Positions 41,082 to 53,090 of a stretch of DNA of 64,000 nucleotides are shown here, piece by piece (positions within the stretch are counted from its first letter, which is position 1; every line of letters starts with the position of its first letter). The position numbers were made by a program, and so were the translations under genes. Source of the DNA: Camelus ferus (taxonomy: Eukaryota); assembly GCF_009834535.1 (NCBI RefSeq), contig NC_045697.1, positions 102,736,001-102,800,000 on the forward strand. The letters are read 5' to 3'. Below the pieces are notes generated by a model. The model was given only the letters and a program-made list of their open reading frames with translations. It searched no databases and was not told the origin of the DNA.

Positions 41082-41254
41082 CTAAAAACACCAAAGTTAC
41101 AATAAATTCTCATAAAAAAGAAAGAGCCATATATTCAAAATATAAAATTACCAAATATATTTGATCAGAAACTGTGATAAAGATGATGGTCAGTACTGTG
41201 AAATTTAAATTAACCAAAATTCTTCCATCCTCTTAAGATCTCAGTTCTCGTAAG

Positions 41255-41587
41255 TGTAAAAATAATAAACACAAATCTCAATTAAATAGAGTTGAGAGAC
41301 CAGATGGGGGAGCTCTCACACCCTGTGACCATAACAGAGCCCAAAAGGAAGAAGACTCCTCTTTCCTGGCAAGGATGCAGCCAATGAGAAGCCATGGCCT
41401 CTTTGTCTACTATAGCCCTCCCAGCTTCCTTTTCCTCTCTATAAAAGGGTTCTACTTCCCTTGCCAAGGGGGAACTTGCAAATGGCTTGCCATGGTTGCA
41501 GATCCCAAATTGCAATTCTCTGCTGATCCCAAGAAAACCCATCTTTGCTGGAGAAATATATGGCAGACTATTTATTTCAGATCAATA
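41255..41587 (+). mobile_element. 5' LTR of the ERV
   Basis: Starts TGTAAA. CCAAT at 41381-41385 and TATAAAA at 41440-41446. AAGAAA at the expected poly(A)-signal position (about 41531). PBS follows 3 nt later. Confidence 0.8.
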
Positions 41588-41590
41588 TGT

Positions 41591-41608
41591 TGATGGCCCA
41601 TACGCAGA
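41591..41608 (+). other. ERV primer-binding site, tRNA-Ile type
   Basis: TGATGGCCCATACGCAGA matches 14/18 to TGGTGGCCCGTACGGGGA, the complement of the tRNA-Ile(AAU) 3' end as recalled. Confidence 0.75.
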
Positions 41609-44600
41609 GCAGGGAAGACTCCCCAATGGTTCCAGGGCTGGTGAGCAAACAGGTGCAGGACCTACCACTGAACCCACTGTCACTCACTGCTTTCTCGCTG
41701 ACACTGGAATTTGAAGGTTGAATCTTTCCCCTGGATATGAGCACACACACTCTTTGCATTTGAAACTCTCCAAACTTTATTTGAGATCGATTTTAAGGTT
41801 TCATCCTTTTGGTTAAGGCTTTGTTCTGTATATGAGTACTCATTTGGCATGTCAGTCAGAATTTGAGATCAGACTATTTCAACCAAAGCTGCCTGAAAAC
41901 ACCTTTGGCCCTTTCCTTTGGGAACAGGGGCTGCTTCTCTGAAACTGTGACAGTTTTTCATCTTCATTCTATTCTTTTGGAATGGGCTGGCCTCTGGAAA
42001 CTGGCTGAAAAAGTCTGGCCCAGCTCCTCCAGGACCAAGCTGTTTCCTTAGAACTGGCTGGGATTAGCCTACAAGCTGTTTGAATTGAGTTGTATGTGCT
42101 GTAAACTATTTGGAAATTGTTCTTTTACTACAGAGAAAAACCTCTGAGAAATGGGATCCTAGTTATCTAAACATTCTGAGTGTGCCCACCCCTTAACAGG
42201 ACGCCAGATAATTTTATGTTTAAAAGGTGAGGTCCTTCCTCATGTAAATTTCTAATTAAATGGACCAACCTGACCGAAGGCAATTTAGAATATAAATGAC
42301 CATTACAGAGAATTTTTGAAATCTCTAACTTAATTTCCTTAAAACTGAATAGGATTACAATGGCTCAAAAATGTCCAAAACTCAGCGTTAATGCTTATTT
42401 TGATTGGCATTTTGAGGCTTTTCAGCATTATCAGGAGGCTAAAATCGCCTCTCTGCAGAATAAAATTCTAAGATTAACTGAGGCAAACAAATGATTAAAG
42501 AAAGATAAAGTGGCTCCTGAAGCCTCAGGCTTCTCTTCCTTGGCTTCTTCGTCTTAGGCCCCATCTCATCTTGTCTCCTTCCCTCAGCTCCTTGTGGCCA
42601 GACTCCACCTCTGGCACCATCTTCCCCCTTCCCTTTTGTGCTGCCTACGCCTCCTCTATACCTTCAATTCCCCCATACCAATTCTTTTGCCAGCCTCCCC
42701 TTTTCTCTTAAATTCTCCCTTTTCCTCTGAACTTATCAGAACCTGTCCCTTTAAAATTAAGCCTTCTGAGAATCCAGAGGCTAAATCCTCAATTTCATAT
42801 ATTCCCTGGACAAAAATTGAACTGCAAGCCATTGTCAAAGATTTTCCCAAAGTAACTGAAGATCCTTACAGATTTGCTGAGTGACTTAATACAGTCATTA
42901 AAACTTGTCAACCTGGTTTCTCTGAATCCTTTCAGCTTGTTAGTGAAGGCCAGGTCCAGCACTGGATGAAAACTGCCAATTAGGAAAATCCTAAAAAGTC
43001 TCTAAAATTATAACTGGGAGACCAGCCCATCAACTTATCATACGACCAGGCCCCAGCAATTGCTCAAGCAACTTTATCATGCAATTCCTAGGATTTTTCC
43101 AAAGCCTGTTGATTGGAACAAAATTCAGACTTGCATACAAAAATCTGATGAACCTGTTTATGATTATTATAATCAACTTCTAATTCTTTTTAAAGAAAAT
43201 TCTGGTCTTCCTTCAGATGTTGATTCAACCCAGGTAGCTTTTAACTCTGTTTATTAATGGGCTGAACTGGGACCATTCCCTTCTAGTAAAAGGACTAGGA
43301 TGAACTGGGAAACTGTGTCCATTCCAGATTTAGTTAATCTGATGAACCAGTTCTCTTGCACTCTAGAATCACTGACAAAATTCTTAATTTTCAATTTCAG
43401 CAAATTAAAGTCCCTAAATGGGACCAAAATCTTCCAAGTTTCTGCAAAGAGTCAGAACATTGGAAAAGAGATTGTTACAAATTTAAGCACCTTAGGCACC
43501 TTCAGCCCGCTAACCAGCCTCTCCAACATCCTCCTAATTCTCAGTGACAGGGCTCAGAGGAACTACAGGGGCTCCTCCCAATCCTCTCTCTTAATCGATT
43601 TCAAGAAACATTTCTCCAAATTGGGGGTGAATCTCTCCCAGGCCTAATTAACACTAGAGCCACACTCTATACCCCAACTACTATAAAACAGCCCCTGCCT
43701 CAGAGAACTAAAACAGCTCAAATAGTGGGGATCTCTAATGATCCCCAAGAGGTTCCTGTTTCTGAACGTATCCCCTTTTGTTTAGGCTCTTTGAGAGATA
43801 CACACCTTTCCTTCCCTTAGTTCCTCCACCCCTATCTATTCATTATGCCAAGACTTCTTAGATAAGTATCATGCTGTAATTTCTTTCTCCTAAAAGGGGG
43901 AAATAATTTTAGAAACTGAGAGTAGTCATCAAACTAACCAACAAGTGAGTTAAATGACCCTTTGATATCTTTTACTTGTTTCATTTCTGATGGTCCTAGA
44001 ACTGATTCTGGAAACACTGATCATTTGTCCCTTTTAAATCAGCTAATCCCTTCTTCGTGGGCGAAATCCACAGCGCATCTCCCATCAAGATTCAAACAGA
44101 CCCCTCAAAACCTCTTCCCAGAATTAATCAGTAACTTATAAGTAAAAAAGTCTTTCAAGACATAAAGCCCACAATATAAGATTACAAGGCTTGAGGTCTC
44201 TATCTCTTGCGCTAGTCCCTGTAACACCCCCATTTTACTGGTGAGAAAAACCTACAGGTGGAGGTTTGTCCAGGACCACCAGCAATAAACAACACTGTTA
44301 TCCTTGGACACCCTGTTGGCCTAACCTTCATATGTCACTAACATCCATTCCCACCATGAGTAAATTCTTTACTGTAATTGATTCATGCAGGGTATGCTTT
44401 AGTATTCCAGTTGATGAAGCTAGCCAATACCTTTTTGCCTTTACTTTGGAAGAAATATAATTCACCTGGGCAGTAATACCTCAGAGTTTTACTAAGTCTT
44501 TTTTCTCTCAAATCCTGAAGGCTGATCTGGATGATAAAAAGTTCCCTGGGGGTTCTACTTTGTTGCAATGATTTGCTTCTTTACTCTCCTTTTCAAGCCT

Positions 44601-46204
44601 CCTCATAGGAAGTCATCATCTACTTGCTAAAGCTTTTAGCCTTAAAGGGACATAAGATTGCCAAAGAAAACTGCAGTTGGCCCAAACCCAGGTTTGCTAT
44701 TTAGGGCATGTGATATCAGAACAAGGGCTACACCTAGATCTCAACAGACTTCATGGTGTCCTAAGTTTCCCAAAACCCTTAAGCACCAACTGCAAGGTTT
44801 TCTCAGGCTAGTTGGTTACTGCTGAAATTAGATTCCAAATTTCTCTTCTATGGCCAAAGTTTCTATAAGTTTTACTTAATAACAGCCCTGACCCAATTTT
44901 ATGAGAAGAACCAGATGACATAGCTACCAAGGCCTTAATGGAGAGTTTGTTGAACCCACCTGCCCTTGGGCATTCCAATTATTCCCTTTTTGTATATGAA
45001 AATGGGAGGGGAATGCCCATGAGTTACTCACCCAAAAACATGGGGATCACCAGTGACCCATAGGATATTACACCAGCAACTGGACCCTGTGGCATGAAAG
45101 ATACCCCCCTTGCTTTGGAACCATTACAGCCACTGTTCTTTTAGTTAAAGTCACCAAGAAATTCACTGTGGAATTCCCTTTAATCACTTTTGTACTTCAT
45201 GCAACAGAAGCTCCCCTGAATTCTCATCATACTCAACACTTCTCAGTCAGCTGCCTCACCTCCTAAGAAATCCTTTGTTAGCTGTTCCTCATCTAACTCT
45301 TTTACATTGTAACAGCCTAAATCAGGCTACTCTTCCCCACCCAGTCACTGATGAAGTCCTTCACAACTGCTTTAATGCTGAAGGACCACCTCCTGACTCC
45401 TTGTGATGATCTACAGGAAATTCCTGTTTAATTCTGACTTCTCATGGTTCACTGATGGTTCTTATTTAAAAGGTGACAATGGCAAATATTGTGCTGGGTA
45501 AGCTATTACAACTCCTTCCGAGGCTACTGAGGCAGCAAACTTTACCTATGGCTACTTCAACTCAAAAGGCTGAATTCTTCGCTCTTACACAGTCCTGCAC
45601 TTTAACCAAGGACAAAACTGCCAACATTTGTACTAAAAGCAGACATGCTTTCAGAGTAGCTCATGATTTTGAAATGCTGTGAAAGCAACATGATTTCTTT
45701 ACTTCCAGCAGAAATAAAATTTAAAATGGCCCCTACATTCATAAATTATTGGATGCAACACATTTACCTCTGCTTTGCCTATAATTAAGATTTTGGAGAA
45801 ATCTAAACTTGACTCTCTGGAAGCTAAGGGAAATCACCTTACTGATATTTCTGCAGGAATGCTGCCCTTAAAAGAACCAACAGCAGCCAAACCTCTGTCA
45901 TGGTCCACAAGGGTATCTCCAAATGGTAACTTAGAAAAACTGGCTAGAAAAGCTAACCAAATAACCGAGTTATAGCAGAGAGAGGGGAGAATAAAGAGAC
46001 CTTATGACATGTGCAGTTATACTGAAGTGGGTACTAGCAAAGCAACTGTACAGAGATTATATAACTATTTGTTTAAAATCCAATTAGATTTATTTTGGAA
46101 TTAAAATAAAGCATCTAAACAAAAAGAATAGTAAAGTCAGCCCAGTGTACAAGGAAATTTTCAGTAGTTATTACAAACAGCTGTTTTGTTTTGTTTTGTT
46201 TTAC

Positions 46205-46319
46205 CTGGTTTGCAAGATGAGAGTGACCAAACAGCTTGCGACCCAATTTCCCGTACTGTTCCAGTCCTTTCCAACTGCTTAGGGTCAGCACCAGGAGGTG
46301 TCTTGTTTGGTGTGGTCAT
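46205..46319 (-). CDS. ANAPC10: ANAPC10 (APC/C subunit 10, DOC1) exon 2, coding part, codons 1-39
   Basis: Translates MTTPNKTPPGADPKQLERTGTVREIGSQAVWSLSSCKP(G), the known APC10 N-terminus. Acceptor AG at 46336-46335 (exon starts 46334), donor G|GTAAA, 115 nt coding. Confidence 0.97.
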
Positions 46320-47753
46320 TTTTTTTTTAATATTCTATGTAGAAAAAAGGAATATCCACATTACACCAGGGCCTAAGCATATTCCTACAATAGGTAAAAA
46401 TAAAAATTTAGTAACCAAATGGATTGCTAATATTCCCTGGATATTAATTATCCATTTCTCAAAAGCAGTTGATAGAACTTAATCACTGTGATTAAAAACT
46501 CTGGGGAATTCAGTTTTTATTCCTAAAATATATTATATCATGACTTACAAGATGTGCAAAGCAGCAGAGGAGAGTAGTCAAAAGGACACAGCATCAGAGT
46601 GTCAGCTTCAGCCTCTTTAACTAGCCTAGACTTTGGGCAGGTCTGGGCTTTATTTCCTTTCCTGTCAAATGGGTTGACTTGATCTATAATTTCATAACGT
46701 TATGCAGTTCTATACCTGTATGAGTAAAAATTTCTACTTCAAATGGAGTTTTTTCCCTAGAAAAGTTAGAATGAAATACTCTTATTCCAGGAATATGTAA
46801 ATATTGGTCTACATTTTGAATAATCCATTAAGTGATACAAAGAAAAATCACATCCCACTAGTTATCAAAAGTTCCATTTATATGTGCTCTTGCCATAGAA
46901 CATAAAGCCAGAAAAAAGACTTCAAGGTCTAGAAGTCAGTAACTGGCCTATTCTGGACAAGTTTACTTCATCTTTTACATCTTTTGTTGGTTAATCTTGG
47001 TAAGCGTTTTCAAACATGAAAAAAAAAGACCTCTTGGATAGTGAGCAACATGTAAAACTGCTTTGGTAGTGCGAGGTTACAGCTACTGAATATCATTATG
47101 AGTATATCCTATTATAAACTTGGCCCTAAAGGTCTGTAAACCGTGTCCTTGACACCTCCTGTCAAATCTCAGTTATTCCCTAATCTCCACACAAGCAATT
47201 GATACTCTTCAAATAATAGTAGCTACTGGACTATTAACTTTGAAAAGGTCTGAGGTTTAAACGCTCCATTAGCAATTTATTGAATAAGTTGATGAATGAA
47301 TAGGTTCAATTAAAAACTATAGTATTTACCACCTGCAAGTTAAGTGAGGGCTAGGATGAGACAATTAAATCTGTGGCCTCGTCAAATGTCAAAAAAAAAA
47401 GGCCCATTTCTACACTGGAGCAGAATTCAACTGCCGAACTTGGTACTGGACGCCACCAAGTGGATAATGCACGGAGCTCGGAGAAGATTAGGTTCCTATT
47501 CTTCCACACAGTTCAGAAGGACCTGAGGCCAAGGAGAGAACGCCACCGCGAGCAGCGTCTGGACCAGACTGTGCTGGTTCTGCTTGACACCTCTGCCAGA
47601 AGTGCTGGAATGATGGACAACGGCTAAAGATCCATTCCAGACCCACCCGCCTTGAGGAAATCAGGAGGGGAAAAGGAGACGGACATTGGGGAGGAGAAGG
47701 TATCTGCTTAAGCCAGAACCATCCTCCCCGTCGGGGAAAGCCCACGCACTTAC

Positions 47754-47870
47754 AGCTTGCAGACCCGGCTTGCCACCACTCAGGTTTTCAGGATCCGCCA
47801 CAGCTCCGCGCCACTCCCACTCAGCTTCTCAGCATAGCCTTTCTCCCCCAACGACGTAACTTGAGGTCGC
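47754..47870 (-). other. ANAPC10: ANAPC10 non-coding exon 1 (5' end approximate)
   Basis: Minus-strand donor GCT|GTAAGT (GT at 47753-47752) inside the CpG island, upstream of the ATG-bearing exon. TSS is inferred, not seen. Confidence 0.7.
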
Positions 47871-47969
47871 AGCCCAATGACGTCAGTTCGCGCTGTCTCG
47901 CCCTACCACCCTCCAGGGCTCCGCCTTGCGCTCCCTGTCGCGCGTGCGCACTACGTGCTTGTGGCATGC

Positions 47970-48100
47970 GCGAGGCGGCGGCGGCTGGGCACCGCCATTT
48001 TGGCCGGTGGCCGTAGGAACACGCCGTTTGCCTGAGAAGTGAAAGCAAGAGCTGGTTTGGCCTCTGCATGCCCCTCCGCGAGGGAAATCTGTCTTTCCAG
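47970..48100 (+). other. ABCE1: ABCE1 non-coding exon 1 (5' end approximate)
   Basis: Ends at consensus donor CAG|GTAAGT (GT at 48101). Resembles the human ABCE1 5'UTR as I recall it (GGCTGGGCACCGCCATTTTGGCCGGTGGCCG). Confidence 0.8.
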
Positions 48101-51100
48101 GTAAGTGGATACCCCGGCAAGGTTTGGCCGTTAGCTGCAGTCCGCCACTTTAGGGACGTTCTCCGAGAGCCTTTAGGTTAGGCCTCAGGTGGCGGCTGTG
48201 GAGACGGCGGCGGCGCGTGGCAGCCGGCTTGGGAGAGACAGCTGGAACCTGCGGAGCGCGGGCGCCACCGACGTCTGGAACCGCCTCGCGCTTCCCTTCC
48301 AGCCCGCCTGGCTCCTGGCCGCTGTTGGTCGCCATCCCCGCCAGGGAACACGAAAGTGGACCTGGATGCTATCCCCTCAGTGTTACCACCTCCACCGCCA
48401 CCCCTCTTACACCGCTCCTACCCTAGAGCTGAATCTTCCCTTTAGAACTTACAGCATCCCCTCCTACCCCCAACTCTTTCCCGACACAGTGTAATGGGTA
48501 TAATGTCACGGGTACGAATTTGACTATGGGAAGTCTTGGCCTTTTCTTGTACCGTTTGGCGACTGTGCTATGAGTCATGGCATCTTGCCGCCATGGAGTC
48601 GCGTACTCCTTTTCCACTCCCAGTCTCTTTAGAAATGACGGCCAAACGTCACTGCTTTTCTCAGAGTAACGTGCACTCTGCTGTAACCAGGGTTAGTTCA
48701 GTAATCTCCCAGGTTAACGCCTTCAGCATTTGGGGTGCGCTTTTACAAGATCCGCACTTTTCGTCTTGATGACTTCTCCGTTTTTCTCTTTACTGTATCT
48801 TAAAACTCCTTGAGATCAGGGGTGGTGTCATTACTGAAAATACCTTTATTTTTACTTCAGTGGTTCATACATTATAGGCATGATGGCTCACGCCAATTCC
48901 CACATCCCATAAACTACATAAACTGTTTTCTCATTTTCTTGCGGTAAAACTGGCAAAAGTGAGAAATGGCTGTCAAAACAGTGTGTGTGTGTTGTTTTGC
49001 CCTCTTTTCCATAGAACTGTTAATTAGCAGTTATGATAATGGTATGTGTGTTGCAGTCCTCAATCTTTGTCCTTCATACTGAGAATATTCATTCTGTATC
49101 AGTTACTTGACAATAATGCTTTGTCAGTATTAACCAAGGGCTCTTATCTGTATCTCAGCCAAAAAGTATTTTTGTTTGTTTAAGTTTTAGTTAAAAGCCT
49201 TGTTCTTTCGTATAAAAATTTTTTTTGGAAGAACACTTAATATAATTGCTGGTGTGGGAGAAGGAGAAGGCAATGTTAATTTAGTATCCCTTCTAATTGT
49301 CCTCCATTTAATACTCTGAAACCGTAGCTGTGCACCACTCCCAACTTGAGTTTCATAAGATTAATAATTTGCAATAGCATAAGTTAGAATATTTACGTAT
49401 CAAGCATCATTCATTTACAGCAGTCTTTTAAATGCTTTCACAGGGTGTTATTATAATTTTGGTCTTAGACTGCAAAGGCTTTCCATGTATGTCTCACTTC
49501 CTTTTTCCCTCCCAGCTGGAAGGATGACAGTGAAGGTCATTTTCTGAATTTGTTTTCAGATTTGGCATATTTTCAAATCCCTCTTTGTTTTAAGGGGTTT
49601 GTTCCTATAGTCTTCCCTTCCAAGCTTTCCTGTGCTGTTTCTTTCTCATTGAAAGAGAAAGTGGGGATTCCCTCTTCCCAGTTCTTGAAACTAACATAGA
49701 AATTTAATTAATAGTGTTTACACAGTTAATTAACAGTCTGTAAAGGATCTGTATTCATTTTTCTTAAATGCATTATAATCTACTTTTTCATGTAAATCAA
49801 CTTATTAACCATCTCTGGTATCGTCTCTTACAGTCATTTGGTTTTTTGAATGGTTTGAAATATTAGATGAAGCATTGTAGTAGTTTGACAGAAATAAACT
49901 TTAATGTAATGATAAATCAGTGAAGATTTAGCCCCTACAGGGGAATTCATTATGCTTAGTTCGTGTTGAGCCACAATGAATATGTATGATGTCCAGTTTT
50001 ATTTTAATAGCTAACTAAAGAATCTTCGGTTTCTAGGGAGTTGTCACTTCCAGAATGATAGCTTTTTTAGGAATTCAAAGGTTAATTTAGTTTCTTCTTC
50101 TAATCTTTAGACGGCCTGAACCAGTTGCTGAAGATTTTAAAGGGGTAAAGTGAACCTATCAGTTAGCATAACTCTGTTTATTACATAAAATTTAGTCTCC
50201 TTTTGGATGATTTTTTTTTTCTGGTATATACTTTAGTGGGTAACTGTCACTATAATGTATTGGTAACTTGCAGTATTTCTGAAGTTGTTATAACCTATAG
50301 GAAAATTATTTACCATATCTAAATACATTTTCTTATTTTATTTAACAGAAATATTTGAGCTCCTACTATGTGGTAGTCACTGGTCCAGCCACTAGGATGA
50401 ACAGACAAAAATTCCTGCCCTCATGTTGGAGTACATTCTGTTTGGAGAGGGGAAAATATAGTCTCTGCATGGAGAGAGGATATCTAAATACGTATACTAC
50501 ACAATAAGTGTGTTTATGTACCATAGATGTATATATATATATGAAATCTATATTATGTCATATAGTGGAAAGAGCTAAGGAGAGTAAAACGAAGCAGTTC
50601 TATATTTTTAGGCTGACTGTTTCTAGTGAGGAGGGAGAGAAATAGTCTGGAAGCAGCACTGAGCAGCAAGATCTTTTACCCCCTTCCAAGCTTAGTGATA
50701 TTGAGGGGTACTAGTGAGGTCTACAAGAGAAAGCAATCTGTCAAAAACGTCTGGGTAGAGGATCACAGTCAATAGAAAAAGCCAATGGAATGTCTTTGTC
50801 AATCAGTAGTCTTTTAGCTTCAGGTTCTTTCATTACATGTTAGGATAAACTGAAGTATTAAGGCACTTTTTGGAATTACTTTAATCACCTTCTAAGAATA
50901 TTAATGTCTGTCCCTAAGCCCAATATCATAAGAGATTTTTAAGTTAATATTGACCTCAGCTACATAATTGATGACACTGTGAAATATGAAGACTTATGAA
51001 AGCTATAAAAGCGGGCAGTCTATGCATTTAGTTACTTGGTCTCATTCTCATTTCAATGCTGTTAGTGTAAAATTCATCTTGGCAGTATTATAAATTCGCA

Positions 51101-51799
51101 GGGAAAGAAGTTTTTACTTTTTCCAGTTGACCAACATGATGGTTAAAACCTTAATAATGGTTTGCCATTTCCATCAGTAGTGTCATTAGCTCAGATGGTT
51201 AAGACATGAAGTGATACTTAGCTTGAAGGAGGAAGTAAACATCTTTATCATATGTATGTTTTCATATCATGTCTTTCTGTTCTGTTTATTGATCTGTATT
51301 CTTACTCGGGTACCAGCATTAATTTCTGATACCTTATAATCATTTTTTTCCATATGTCAGGTATAAGTTCTCCCATCCCACTTGCTCTCTTTCTGTTTTC
51401 CTAGCTAGTACTGCTTTTCTTTCTGCATAAGAGCTTTAGGTTTGATTTGTCTTGTTGAGTTTTTTCCCTTGAGATTGGATTAAACTTAAAAATGTAGGGA
51501 AGGTTGAAATCTCTGATAATCGACAGTTCTCTACTGTAAAAACTCAGACAGCGTGTCATTGTCATTCTACATGTTCAAGTCTTTTATGTCTTTCAGTGGT
51601 ATTTTGAAAGTTTCCTCACATGTATATATCTTAAGTTGATTCCTAGGTCTTTTTTGTGACTCCTGAAAGTGGTGTTTTTTCCTTCTTTAAATGAATCTCC
51701 TGATTGATGGTATATATGTAAAGTTTTGTTTTCCCAACCTTACTAAATTATTTTATTGCATTTACTAGCTTTTCTTTTCTCACTTGTTCCAGGTAATAA

Positions 51800-52075
<276 letters not shown>

Positions 52076-52928
52076 TAAAGATAAGAAAAGGTTTTCAAAG
52101 GCTTCATAGTTCTCTAGGTTTTAGCATACACTTTTTTCCCTGTTAGTTTTTTAGATGGTAAAGGTAAGACCAGATGTTGTTCTAAATTTCTTTTATTATT
52201 TTGTGATTAAATAATCTTGTTTAAGTTCATTGAATACGGAATCAAACCAGAGTTCAAATTACTAAGATTCTTACTATTCTACAACATTCTCTAGTTACTT
52301 AAAGTCATGGAGAAAGGACTGCTAAGATGTTTGTTATTTGATAGTATTCTCATTTTTTAAAAGCTTAATAAGACTATTCATGAGGTTTTGCTATAGTTTA
52401 AAGATTAAATAAACTTACAACAATTCAGAATTGATGAATTGTTGGTAGTCTTTAAGGGCTATGCTAAAATAATAGTTACTTTAAATGTACTAGTGAGGTA
52501 TAAGCTTACTGAATCTTAAAAGAAACTTCAGATGCCATTTGTTACAGTCTACCATGCTATTCAGAAATTCCATTAATAACATCTTTAATGCTATGTTTAA
52601 TTTTGTCTATGTATTAGATTCTACATACCTTTTGGGAGTTCCCTGATCTGGCTAACATATTTCATTCCCTTCTCTGGTATATGTTACCATTTTTCAAGGC
52701 ATAGTTTATCATAGTAAATCAAACAAAATAAGCATGTTAGAGTCATCTTCCTCTTGCCTGACAGGAGTATTCATATAGGTAATAAGTTCAGAAATCTATC
52801 CCCACAAAGCACTAATTTAAGACATTATCTCAAATGTATTTCTTTGTGTATCCTTTGTTTTTGAAAAATTGCTTTTGTATGGAAATTTGGAACCAGAATT
52901 GCTGAAATGGCAATGTTCAGGAAATTAG

Positions 52929-53090
<162 letters not shown>

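Larger units (their letters stand above)
41255..45960 (+). mobile_element. Decayed, 3'-truncated class I (ERV1, gamma-like) endogenous retrovirus in ANAPC10 intron 2, antisense to ANAPC10
   Basis: LTR, PBS, gag (MGS at 42151, capsid YIPWTKIELQAIVKDFPKVTEDP, degenerate zinc knuckle CKESEHWKRDC), protease (LINTRATL), RT (PCNTPIL, FFTVID, QYLFAFT, GYC*N*IPNF) and RNase H (WFTDGS, QKAE). Many stops and frameshifts. No integrase, env or 3'LTR seen. Confidence 0.92.
47430..48780. promoter_or_regulatory. CpG island / bidirectional promoter of ANAPC10 and ABCE1
   Basis: Only GC- and CpG-rich stretch in an AT-rich window, containing both divergent first exons. Motifs: CCAAT 47874-47878, CRE palindrome TGACGTCA 47878-47885, NRF1 consensus match CGCGCGTGCGCA 47939-47950, YY1-type CCGCCATTTT 47992-48001. 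No TATA box. Confidence 0.9.

Noticed and set aside
42151..45975. Domesticated retroviral gag/pol gene
   Set aside because: Stop at gag codon 4, many further stops and frameshifts, protease DTG mutated and RT YxDD deleted. The longest viral-frame fragments are under ~100 aa.
47344..48769. Cluster of 60-100 aa ORFs on both strands
   Set aside because: Expected from stop-codon scarcity in a GC-rich CpG island, with no recognisable proteins.
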